Of a DNA stretch of 64,000 nt, positions 36,238-45,142 are shown one piece after another. Source of the DNA: Candidatus Latescibacterota bacterium (GTDB taxonomy: Bacteria; Latescibacterota; UBA2968; UBA8231). The stretch spans positions 6,432,001-6,496,000 of the forward strand of contig OZ253462.1 in assembly GCA_965261395.1 (NCBI GenBank), in the 5' to 3' direction. The translations under genes and the position numbers were made by a program. The notes below the pieces were generated by a model. That model was given only the letters and a program-made list of their open reading frames with translations, had not been told where the DNA came from and ran no database searches. Numbering within the stretch: the first letter of the stretch is position 1; the number at the start of each line of letters is the position of its first letter.

Positions 36238-36506
36238 AGCTTACCTCCTGAACGGATCGTTGAGAAACTCGTCATTCGGTACCCTTACTTCTACTTCTGA
36301 GCACGTAAGCACCTAGAGATGCTACGGGCTTGTTGGGTGCTGTCATTCAGGCGCGCTCATTAACGGCGCAAGTACGCGAAGGCTACTTGCGAGTAATCAC
36401 ACACAACTTGATGATCCTCTAAAAAGCCTAAAGCTTTTCAACAGAGCAAAGCGTTCTTAAAATCCCCGTCGGGCCGCTTTACGGTGAAGATTCTGTCGCA
36501 CTAGCG

Positions 36507-36881
36507 TTAGGAATTCTCCGCGATCATAGCCTGAATTTGATAGATATTCGTGTTCTTGTCGAACTTTTTAGACACCGGCTCAGGCAAACCGCTAATCCAG
36601 ATTTTCAACTCCGCGTCCATGTCTAAGTGCCCAGCGGACTCTACGCTGAACGCTGAGATCTTGCTGTACGGGATGCTCAGGTACTCCCGTTTCTTGCCGG
36701 TAATCCCTTGAACATCCTCGAGGATGAGCCGACGATTCGTAAAGATAAAGGTATCCCGGACAATTTTGAACCCGGCCAACACCTTTTCTTCGGCAAAGAA
36801 TAGACGCTCGTACTCTGCCAAGTCGTCTTCGCTCATTTGCGACGCCGTTCCGAACAGCGCCCCTTTCATGCGGTTTAGCAT
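36507..36881 (-). CDS. Bacterial PH-domain protein (bPH_1/YvbH-like)
   Basis: RDTFIFTNRRLILEDVQGITGKK...SIPYSKI..FSVESAGHLDMDAELKIW; AAGGAG SD. Confidence 0.88.
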   Translation of the reverse strand: MLNRMKGALFGTASQMSEDDLAEYERLFFAEEKVLAGFKIVRDTFIFTNRRLILEDVQGITGKKREYLSIPYSKISAFSVESAGHLDMDAELKIWISGLPEPVSKKFDKNTNIYQIQAMIAENS

Positions 36882-36963
36882 CTCCTTAATCTCCTTGGAA
36901 GGCGGGGTTAATTCTTGACTGCGACCAGCAATGTTTACTGATACCAAAAACCACCGGGTACTG

Positions 36964-37794
36964 CTATGCGTCGGCGCGGTCAATCCACTTATAGGCGGCT
37001 TGGGCGTTGCGCCAAAAGTATTTCTCCGTCGCTTCTTCGCCGCGCGCGGTAAAATACGTCATCACCAAGCGCTGTATGTCTGCGTACTCGCGGCCACTGC
37101 GGTCGGATACCGGCCAGTCGCTGCCGTAAATCAGCCGATCCTCTCCGAACAAATCCCATAGCGCATCGAGCACCGGAGCGTAAAAGTCCACATCCGTCGG
37201 TGCTGGCTTGACTTGACTGCGCAAATCCATCAGCCCCGACACCTTGCAATAGACCTGCGGATGGGCCGCGGCCTGATGCATCAATTCCAGCCGCGCCGGA
37301 TCGGGCGGGCGGCCGTCAATGGGGATGCCGCCGATGTGGTTGATGACGATGCGCAGTTCGGGGAAGCGCTCCGCCAGCGCGGGCACGCCTTCGTGTAAGC
37401 CCGTGTCCAGTTCTAAATCGTTGGCTATTAGCATTTCAGCGGCGGTCAAGCCGTGACTTTCCGTTGCATCTACGCGGGCGCGAATGCCTAGAAAAACCGG
37501 GGCGGCGGCAAAGCGCTCCAAGTGAGCGGCAAAGTTCGGGTCGTCAGGTTCAAGATGCCCGACCAATCCCACGATGAAGGGATCTTCGGCGGCCAAGTCA
37601 AGAACCCACTGGTTGTCCTCGACCCAAGGGCTGCACTCGACCATGACCGTGCCCGTTACGCCCTCGGGCACGGCTAGGGCCTTGTAGTCTTCGGGCAGCG
37701 CGCGCCGATAGAGAATTTCGTCGTCTTTTTCAGGCCAAGGCACGCCCTGGGGTCTGAACGGATCGTAAAAATGAGTGTGAGTATCGATGATCAT
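36964..37794 (-). CDS. Amidohydrolase_2 family protein, sugar lactonase-like (L-fucono-/L-rhamnono-lactonase type)
   Basis: IDTHTHF, VINHIG, CKVSGL, FGEDRLIYGSDWPV. Confidence 0.8.
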   Translation of the reverse strand: MIIDTHTHFYDPFRPQGVPWPEKDDEILYRRALPEDYKALAVPEGVTGTVMVECSPWVEDNQWVLDLAAEDPFIVGLVGHLEPDDPNFAAHLERFAAAPVFLGIRARVDATESHGLTAAEMLIANDLELDTGLHEGVPALAERFPELRIVINHIGGIPIDGRPPDPARLELMHQAAAHPQVYCKVSGLMDLRSQVKPAPTDVDFYAPVLDALWDLFGEDRLIYGSDWPVSDRSGREYADIQRLVMTYFTARGEEATEKYFWRNAQAAYKWIDRADA

Positions 37795-37831
37795 CGCTAA
37801 ATCGCTCCTTTTTTAGTTATGGCCGCGCAGC

Positions 37832-38770
37832 TTATTTGCCGTCTGCGGAGGGCGGTGGCTCCGCGTCCTGCTCCACAGGCATACGCCAGTTTTGCGCCTC
37901 ATCTAAAGTAATAGTGCGAAAATCGGGCATCCGGTCGGCGTTGCGGTCCTGATGCTGATGGCCCCCTAGGATGTACATCGAGTGCTTCCGCCCCGATCCC
38001 GGCCGGTCGGCGTCGAGCAGCCGGAATCCGATATGCAGTGTCTGACCCGGCGCGAAAACGTGCCGTTTGCTCTCCTCGGGGCTCAGCCCCAGCACATCCC
38101 ACAGGGCCGCTTTCCACTCGAAGGTATATTCGACGTGCAAAGCGCCGTTGGCCGCGTCGGGCGGACGCATCGTCCAAGCGATGTCGAAGTGGGGTTTGTC
38201 CATCGCCCACAGGAACTCCTCCAAGAAGGGGTCGTGGTGCTGATCGAGAAAGCCGGCTTGGCCGTGAGGGAGGCGCGGGTGCCGCAACGGCAGCACCCGG
38301 GCGTAGTAGCGTTGGCCGTTGACCAGTTCCTCGCGGGTGTACCCGTAGATACTGCCGCCAGAGTGGTCGGAATCCACGGTAATCGACAGCGTATCATCCT
38401 GCCACCACTTGAGAGGGTCTTCGTTTTCGATCTTGAGGGTATCGTCGATGATCCGGGCGAAGCAGTACCAGCTATTGTCGGGGGGCGGACTCCAAGCGGT
38501 GTAGATGGTGAAGTCGAAGTCGGCCGCATTGACGTGGTCCGATTCGCGGTCGAAGAATCCTTCCCGCTCCAGCGCGAGACGGGAGTCGAAAAAGGCCCAG
38601 TCCCCGTCGTCGCCATCTATGGTTATCGCCGCGGGATCGGGCACCTCGACGAAGGGGACCGTGACGCCTACATGGGCAGACGCGATGCTGGTGAGGGGGA
38701 GGGTCAGGGCGAGGCTCAAGAGGAATGCCCTGAACGGAGCGCCGTAATGCGCGTACATGTCGCTAGCCAT
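37832..38770 (-). CDS. Secreted CBM9/DOMON-like sugar-binding protein, paralog of 50011-50913
   Basis: Signal peptide, ITIDGDDGDW, DDTL, DDTLSITVDSDHSGG, YTFEW. Confidence 0.7.
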   Translation of the reverse strand: MASDMYAHYGAPFRAFLLSLALTLPLTSIASAHVGVTVPFVEVPDPAAITIDGDDGDWAFFDSRLALEREGFFDRESDHVNAADFDFTIYTAWSPPPDNSWYCFARIIDDTLKIENEDPLKWWQDDTLSITVDSDHSGGSIYGYTREELVNGQRYYARVLPLRHPRLPHGQAGFLDQHHDPFLEEFLWAMDKPHFDIAWTMRPPDAANGALHVEYTFEWKAALWDVLGLSPEESKRHVFAPGQTLHIGFRLLDADRPGSGRKHSMYILGGHQHQDRNADRMPDFRTITLDEAQNWRMPVEQDAEPPPSADGK

Positions 38771-38896
38771 ATCTTTCCTCGCGTTAGTTCGCCGACTAGG
38801 ATAAAACTGAAGGTTGTATATTAGCGGTATAATATATAATCGCAATGCTCGCACTGGCTCGCACTCGATCCGCGACGCTCTTACTTGGAAGAATCC

Positions 38897-40759
38897 ATGA
38901 GACCTATAATACTTTTACTTTGCATACAACTGATTCTCGCCGCGAGCACAGGAGCTAACGCTATGACCCAACCAGTAACACTGCAAATGGGTGAGACAAT
39001 TATCATCGACAATGGATTGGTGCGTCTGGGGATCCGCGAGGACGGCATCCTGCAGGAGCTTTCCCTGCGCGGCGGCCCCAACTTGGCCAGCAGCGGCTAC
39101 TGGAATTGCAACGGCAATGGATACGACGCGGCGGAAGCACCACTGCGCCAGAAATTCTCGGTACTGGCCGGTCAAGCCAACGTGCTGCGCCAATCCGCCG
39201 AACTAGTGGAAGTAGCCTTCGTCCGCGAGCCAGCGGAGCCTCTTTTTTTTCGCACCGCGCTCCACTACGTGCTGCGACGGGGCGAGTCGGGATTTTACCT
39301 CTACATGACCGCGGCCCACGACGCACAAATGCCCGCCGGCTTTATCACGCAATATGCCTACAACCTCCGTCTCTCCCCGCAGCACTTCGATTATATCGCC
39401 GTTGACGAGACCCGCCGGCACATAAGCCACACTTGCGAGGAAGAAGGTGCGGCCAAACAGATCATGGATGCCACGTTTGTCCTTGCCGACGAGCGCGTGG
39501 TTAGCAAATACGATTATTGTCACGCAATCGAAGACGGCGACTTCAATATATACGGCTGGGCTGGGCCGCAAGCTGGCGTGTGGTGGATCCAAGCCAGTGG
39601 GGAATACTATGGCTCGGCACCGTTCCGCGTCTTGCTGACGAGCCACCAGACGGCGAAGACGCCCGTCATCGTCTGGCAGGCACACTGCGTGCATCGGGGC
39701 GGCTACGAGATCGAGTTCCCGCCCGGGGATGGGACAAACTGGCAAAAGATATACGGTCCCGCGTTCGTCTATCTCAACAGCGGCGGCGATTACAACAGCC
39801 TGTGGAGCGATGCCAAAGCGCGCGTGGCGACCGTCGCACAAGAGTGGCCGTTTACGTGGATGGCGCACGAGTTGTTTCCGCTTGAGCGCGGCAGAGCGGC
39901 CGGCCAGCTCGTTTTCGACGATGGCACCCCGGTCGTCGATGCGTGGGTAATCTTCGCGCCGGAAGGGATACACTGGTCGCAGGAGAACAAGGGGTATCAC
40001 TTTTGGACTCGCACCGATGCACACGGGCGCTTTCGCTTGAACCAGGTACGGCCGGGCCGCTATTCGCTCTTCGCGCTGGGTGCCGATCAGTTTTATGAAT
40101 TCAAACGGGACGGAATCGCGGTCACGGCCGGCGAGGAGACGGCTGTCGGTCGTCTGACTTGGCAACGGGTCGCGCGCGGCCAACGCGTTTGGCAGATCGG
40201 GACGGCCGATCGGTCGCCGGGGGAATTCTCCAATGGCCGAGACTTTCACCATTGGGGGCTATGGCGTCGTTATCCGACTGACTTTCCGCAGGACGTCAAC
40301 TTTGTAATCGGCAAGAGCAAGGAGCGCGAGGATTGGAACTTCGCGCATTGGAACTGGTATAGCCAAAACAACGCCTGGAATATCGCCTTCGACTTGGACG
40401 AAAAGCCCACGGGCAAGGCAGTGCTGACCTTCGGCATCGCCATCGCCAGGGGGCACAATGCGCGGGGGGTCGGGGACAACGCCGCAGCGGCCGAGTTGCG
40501 AGTATGGGCCAACGACGAGGAAGTGGGCGTCGTCAGGGTGGCAAGCACGGGTGGAGACAGTTATCGCAGTGCCAGACAATCGACGCGCTACAGCGTGCAG
40601 GAGATCGCCTTCGACGCCGGCCTACTCAGCAGCGGCGAGAACGCGATCTCCCTGCGGCATGCTTTGGGCAATCGCTACGCGCAGGGAGAGGAAAAGGGCG
40701 AAAGCGGTTCTGGCCCCGGCTGTATCATGTACGACGCCATACGACTGGAAATCGAGTAG
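38897..40759 (+). CDS. Rhamnogalacturonan lyase, polysaccharide lyase family 4
   Basis: Signal peptide, IDNGLV, HYVLRRGESGFYLY, SKYDY, KIYGPAFVYLN, WPFTW, YHFWTRTD, VRPGRY, WQIGTADR, IMYDAIRLE. Confidence 0.85.
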   Translation: MRPIILLLCIQLILAASTGANAMTQPVTLQMGETIIIDNGLVRLGIREDGILQELSLRGGPNLASSGYWNCNGNGYDAAEAPLRQKFSVLAGQANVLRQSAELVEVAFVREPAEPLFFRTALHYVLRRGESGFYLYMTAAHDAQMPAGFITQYAYNLRLSPQHFDYIAVDETRRHISHTCEEEGAAKQIMDATFVLADERVVSKYDYCHAIEDGDFNIYGWAGPQAGVWWIQASGEYYGSAPFRVLLTSHQTAKTPVIVWQAHCVHRGGYEIEFPPGDGTNWQKIYGPAFVYLNSGGDYNSLWSDAKARVATVAQEWPFTWMAHELFPLERGRAAGQLVFDDGTPVVDAWVIFAPEGIHWSQENKGYHFWTRTDAHGRFRLNQVRPGRYSLFALGADQFYEFKRDGIAVTAGEETAVGRLTWQRVARGQRVWQIGTADRSPGEFSNGRDFHHWGLWRRYPTDFPQDVNFVIGKSKEREDWNFAHWNWYSQNNAWNIAFDLDEKPTGKAVLTFGIAIARGHNARGVGDNAAAAELRVWANDEEVGVVRVASTGGDSYRSARQSTRYSVQEIAFDAGLLSSGENAISLRHALGNRYAQGEEKGESGSGPGCIMYDAIRLEIE

Positions 40760-40766
40760 CAGCGGC

Positions 40767-43145
40767 CTAGTAAGCCACGCTAATGATTCGGTGCTGGCTC
40801 GCGGCTCCGGCTTGGGCCTCCACCTCCACCCGGCACAGGTACGAACCGGGGGGGACTACGCGCTCGTTCTGGTCTTGGCCGGTCCAAATGTAGAGGTAGG
40901 ACTGGTCTGGCTGGCGCTGCCCCTCAAGGGCGCGGACGAGTCGGCCGTCGAGGGCGTAGATCTGCACTTGGGCAGGCGCGTCCGTCTTCAGGATGTGGAA
41001 GCGAATTTCCGCGGCGTCGCCGATCCCGTCTCCGTTGGGGCTGATGAACGACTGCACCGAGAGATTGGCGATTAGCTGGTCAGTGCCTGGGACGCTGGGC
41101 AAATAGACGGTCGTGGCGGCGCGGCTAGCCGGATCGACCGGCTGCCAGACCTCTAGCTGCCCCTCGTGACCGATGAAAGCCCGGAAGAGGGTGGCGTTGC
41201 GCTCTACAACCGCGCTAAACGCCAGCGCGACTTCCTGTTGCCGCACCGTGCGCGGCAGCTCCACGAACAGCGAATCGCCCGCGACGCGCACCGCAGCCGG
41301 CTCGGCTTCGGCACCGCCTATGGTGAGGACGAGCGAGTCGGGGTCGGCGGGCGAGGGGGTTTGCAGGAGGATGCGATCAAACCCGGGGTTACGCGACTCT
41401 AGCTCCGGTATTATGCGGAATGAGAATAGCTGAGCCACGCCCGCCTCAGCCGTGTGCGGCAGCACCTCGCCAGTGACTCCGGCGAGGAAGGCGTCGGTAA
41501 ATTCGATCTCTAGGGCGCGCACGGTCGGCGCGGTGGTCGGGCGGTCTGAGCTGAGGATGAGTTGGACTTGGACAAAGCGGCGCGGGCTGGGGGAAAGAAA
41601 CTGCTCGCCGGAGCGCTGGTAAAAGTTGCTCCACTCGCTCCAGTCCTCGCCAATGCCGATGGTGCCCAGGGTCTCGCCCCGCAACGCCTTCGGCATCTGG
41701 TCGAACTGCTCGGCCGTTACTTCGGTGCCATCCTTGCGGAAGTAGCGAAAATTTTCTTGCAGCGCGTTGCCCGAGCGGGTGCGCGCTTGAATGCGAGCGC
41801 CCGGGGGCAGGTCGGCTTCCCAGTACAGGGATTTGATCACCTTCGCCCGGTTGTCGCCCGCGATTTGCCCCAAGTCGATGAAGTCCGAACTCATCTCCAC
41901 TTGGGCCACGTGGCCCACCGCAAACACCAGCGTCTCTATCAAAAAGCCGCTCTGGAACTCGAAGCTGGTCTGCGCGCCGCCGCCGCCAACCCATTCGGCG
42001 GCGATAAAGCGGACGGGGCGCGGCTCAAAAAGATACGTCAATTGGCCGGGGAACTCGGTCGAGGACGCGAGCAAGGCATTCGCGTCGCCGATGAAGAGTT
42101 GGTCGAGATCGACTTCGCCCGTCAGGGTGCGGCGACCGTTGGAAACGCTCAAGCTGTGGGTGCGAATCTGGGGCAGGTTGGAGCCGTACGTCAGGGTGCG
42201 AAGGAGAAAGTCCGAAGTGCGCATCACGATCCGATCCACCCAAAACAGCGCGCCCAAATCCCAGTCCCAAGCAATGGGATCTTGGCCGCGCTCCCGCCGT
42301 GCTCCCCAATCGGTATTGGCGTTGCCATCGGCCATTTTGAAGGCAAATCCCCGGCCCACGCGCTCCTGAATCGCGCCACCGCGTTCTAGGGTTTGCAAGG
42401 CGATATTTTCCCCGAGCGTGTACACTTCCACCTCGGCAAGCGCTGCGTCCGGCGTCTTGGCATCCACCAAAATCCTTATGTATTGCAGCAAGTCGTAGGT
42501 ATAGCCCGCAGCATCCCCCTCGCGGCCTCCCCGCACCCGCCTCGCCTCCCTCACTAGCGGCTTCACATCGTAAATCACCTCAGTCTCGTCAATGGGCTTG
42601 GTGGTGCCGCCTATCAGGTGAAAAGAGAATATGTCTTGGCGCGTCACGCGGCGACCCTCGGAGCCAAAAACGCGGAACTCGCGGAAGGGCCGCGCGCCCT
42701 CTTGATCGGGGAAAATGAGGCGAATCTCCGACACGAGTACGGCCCTTCCTAAGTTGATCTCAATCCACCAGTCCTCTAAGGAGGCGTCCGGGGCGGGTTG
42801 CCAGAAGGTATGGGCGCGGCCGTCTATGGCCCGGCCGGCCGTTGCGAGGTTGGAGCCGGCCTTCCATGCACCGCCGCGCATCTCTTTACCACTCACCAGC
42901 TCGTGGGTGAATTCGCTGGCGTTGGCCGCGGCGTTGTGCTCGCCCTTGAATTCGACGGGGGTCACCGAGCCGTTTGGGGAAAATGCGAGCGTGCCGGCCG
43001 GGAAGGTCCACTGCCTCCACTGGGCTCGGCGATCCACCCGGTACACCTCTAGGTTGGCGCTCCGAGTCTGGGCGTACGCCGCCAGCACGAGGGCTGCCAA
43101 ACCCACGAATAGGAGGAACGTTTGGTGCGAGCGAATGCGCTGCAT
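40767..43145 (-). CDS. Large secreted protein, long subtype A (paralog of 26050-28542)
   Basis: IDG...TFW...WIEINLGR, ARTRSGN, DWSEWS, LSPSPRRFVQ, ISPNGDGIGD, PPGSYLC, ends SVAY. Confidence 0.75.
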   Translation of the reverse strand: MQRIRSHQTFLLFVGLAALVLAAYAQTRSANLEVYRVDRRAQWRQWTFPAGTLAFSPNGSVTPVEFKGEHNAAANASEFTHELVSGKEMRGGAWKAGSNLATAGRAIDGRAHTFWQPAPDASLEDWWIEINLGRAVLVSEIRLIFPDQEGARPFREFRVFGSEGRRVTRQDIFSFHLIGGTTKPIDETEVIYDVKPLVREARRVRGGREGDAAGYTYDLLQYIRILVDAKTPDAALAEVEVYTLGENIALQTLERGGAIQERVGRGFAFKMADGNANTDWGARRERGQDPIAWDWDLGALFWVDRIVMRTSDFLLRTLTYGSNLPQIRTHSLSVSNGRRTLTGEVDLDQLFIGDANALLASSTEFPGQLTYLFEPRPVRFIAAEWVGGGGAQTSFEFQSGFLIETLVFAVGHVAQVEMSSDFIDLGQIAGDNRAKVIKSLYWEADLPPGARIQARTRSGNALQENFRYFRKDGTEVTAEQFDQMPKALRGETLGTIGIGEDWSEWSNFYQRSGEQFLSPSPRRFVQVQLILSSDRPTTAPTVRALEIEFTDAFLAGVTGEVLPHTAEAGVAQLFSFRIIPELESRNPGFDRILLQTPSPADPDSLVLTIGGAEAEPAAVRVAGDSLFVELPRTVRQQEVALAFSAVVERNATLFRAFIGHEGQLEVWQPVDPASRAATTVYLPSVPGTDQLIANLSVQSFISPNGDGIGDAAEIRFHILKTDAPAQVQIYALDGRLVRALEGQRQPDQSYLYIWTGQDQNERVVPPGSYLCRVEVEAQAGAASQHRIISVAY

Positions 43146-43157
43146 AGCCTCTCCTTT

Positions 43158-45092
43158 TTAGTAGGCAACGCCCACCGTACCGAGGCGCGTGAAGCGCTCG
43201 CGCTCGGCATCGGCGGTCACCTGGGCGAGGTAGATCCCCACGGGAACCGAGTTGCCGCTGTCGTCGCGCCCGTCCCATTCCCAAGCAAAAGAGCCGCTGC
43301 TGCGCGCGCCCGTAAACAAGGTGCGCACCCGCTGGCCGCCAAGCGAGAAAATTCGCACGGCCAACTGGACGGGTTGCTGGAGCTGGACCAAGGTACAGGA
43401 AATGCGCACCCGCTCGTTGACCCCGTCGCCATTGGGCGTCACCACGGCCGGCTGCACCGCAAAAAATGGGAGCAGGTTGCGCGCTGAAGCGGCCGTGGTC
43501 AGCACGCGCAAGTCGTTGGTCAAGACCGTAGGGTTGGCGTCCCCGGGCAGGACCTGCTGTGGGGACTCGTCGCTTTGGGTGTCGAAGACTCGGGCGCGAA
43601 AGAACGTGGATTGGACGAAGACTTCGGCGTCGAACACGACGCGCAAAGCACTCGGCGATTGATGCGTCAGCCTATGGCTGGGGAAGAATAGCTTCAGGCT
43701 TCTTTCACCCTCGACGACGCTGTCGGGCGCGGTGGCAACGGGCGGATCGCCCGTGAACATCTCTTTGAACTGCGGCCTAGAGGGCGTGAGAATCTCCATG
43801 GCATCAAAGCCCACGTCCGTCTCGCTTATGTCGGCGCGGATGTCGTAGGCAAAAGTCGAGAGCGCACCGGCCGGCACTCGGGGCTTGTTGCCCAAGGGGC
43901 GGGGGGTTTCCAGCGCGGAGATTTCCCCTATTAGCTGCTGGGCCAACGGCGGAATGGAGTGCTCGACCGCCAGCGAGTTGACCCGTATGCCGTCGAGGAT
44001 GGAGTGGCTGATGAGGGCGATTTCGAGCTGGAAGAAACGACGCGGGCTAGGTAGCTCAATCCGCTGGCCGGACTCGGCAAAGGGCGGCGACCACTCGCTC
44101 CAGTTGACTTGGTCGTCTTCGACCGGGCCGCGCACGTTCAAGCCCAGCCTGCCGTAATCGCCCTCCGAGACTTCCTGCACATCGCCGGTGAAAACATTGA
44201 CGATTTCGTAGAACACCTGCGGGGTATCGTCGCGGCCCGTGCGCATGCGAATGGAGACCTCCGCATCGGCTGTCGGCTCGACGTCGATGCGGCCTTCTTG
44301 CTGGCGCAAGGTCTCGGTCGTCCACAGCAGGCGGCTGAAATTGGCCACTTCGCCCAAGTCGATGATCTTGGACAGATAGCGCCCTCCCGGCGGAAAACCC
44401 GCTCCGTACACCTCGAACTCGGCTATCTCAAAGGGATTGGTCGAAGTCACGTTGAGCTGGATGTAGCGGACGAATTGCAATGGGAAGGGAATTTTCGCCA
44501 CGCTTTCCGTGGTGAAATCCACTTGGGTCAGCAGGTTGTACACCGGCAGGTTTGTCGGTGTGAAGCTCACGCCGTCGCTGACCTGAATTTTATAGCCGCG
44601 AATGAAATCGTCGGCAAAGGGCCGCCCGCGACTGTCGGCCCCTTCCGGGCGCGGGAAAAACGAGATGCGGTTGATGGGGAGGCTCGTGCCCAAGTCAAAG
44701 AAAAAGGCCCGGCCCGCCTGCAGCACCCCGAATTCCTTGAAGCGATTTTCGCTGGAGGTTTGCACATCGCCATCGACGAGCGGGGCATTCTTCTGCTTGA
44801 AGGGCACGTTGTCCCACACCCGCGCCGCGGCCACCTCATTGATGAAGTCCAAGGGGAATCCCTCGGTCCATCTCAGCTGCCGGACGATGTTATCGTTGGG
44901 ATTAAAACCCACCAATTGAATGGCCCCGGCTACACCGAAGCTAATGGCCGTGGAATTTAGCTCGTCGTCCTTCCAAGAGCGACCCGCGCCGCCCAATTCC
45001 CACTGCCGCACCTCGCCCGTAACCGCCGCGGCCAACCACGCGACCCCGACCAACGCCTTAGAAGTAGCAAATAGCGATTTGAACGCGCGCAA
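43158..45092 (-). CDS. Large secreted protein, short subtype B (paralog of 51021-53033)
   Basis: WELGG, FDLGT, SKIIDLG, MRTGRDD, NWSEWSPP, PSPRRFFQ, TPNGDGVNE, WDGRD, ends GVAY. Confidence 0.75.
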   Translation of the reverse strand: MRAFKSLFATSKALVGVAWLAAAVTGEVRQWELGGAGRSWKDDELNSTAISFGVAGAIQLVGFNPNDNIVRQLRWTEGFPLDFINEVAAARVWDNVPFKQKNAPLVDGDVQTSSENRFKEFGVLQAGRAFFFDLGTSLPINRISFFPRPEGADSRGRPFADDFIRGYKIQVSDGVSFTPTNLPVYNLLTQVDFTTESVAKIPFPLQFVRYIQLNVTSTNPFEIAEFEVYGAGFPPGGRYLSKIIDLGEVANFSRLLWTTETLRQQEGRIDVEPTADAEVSIRMRTGRDDTPQVFYEIVNVFTGDVQEVSEGDYGRLGLNVRGPVEDDQVNWSEWSPPFAESGQRIELPSPRRFFQLEIALISHSILDGIRVNSLAVEHSIPPLAQQLIGEISALETPRPLGNKPRVPAGALSTFAYDIRADISETDVGFDAMEILTPSRPQFKEMFTGDPPVATAPDSVVEGERSLKLFFPSHRLTHQSPSALRVVFDAEVFVQSTFFRARVFDTQSDESPQQVLPGDANPTVLTNDLRVLTTAASARNLLPFFAVQPAVVTPNGDGVNERVRISCTLVQLQQPVQLAVRIFSLGGQRVRTLFTGARSSGSFAWEWDGRDDSGNSVPVGIYLAQVTADAERERFTRLGTVGVAY

Positions 45093-45142
45093 AACAATTC
45101 CTCACTTTATTGGCGAAATATAGCCCGTTTTCACCCAGAACC

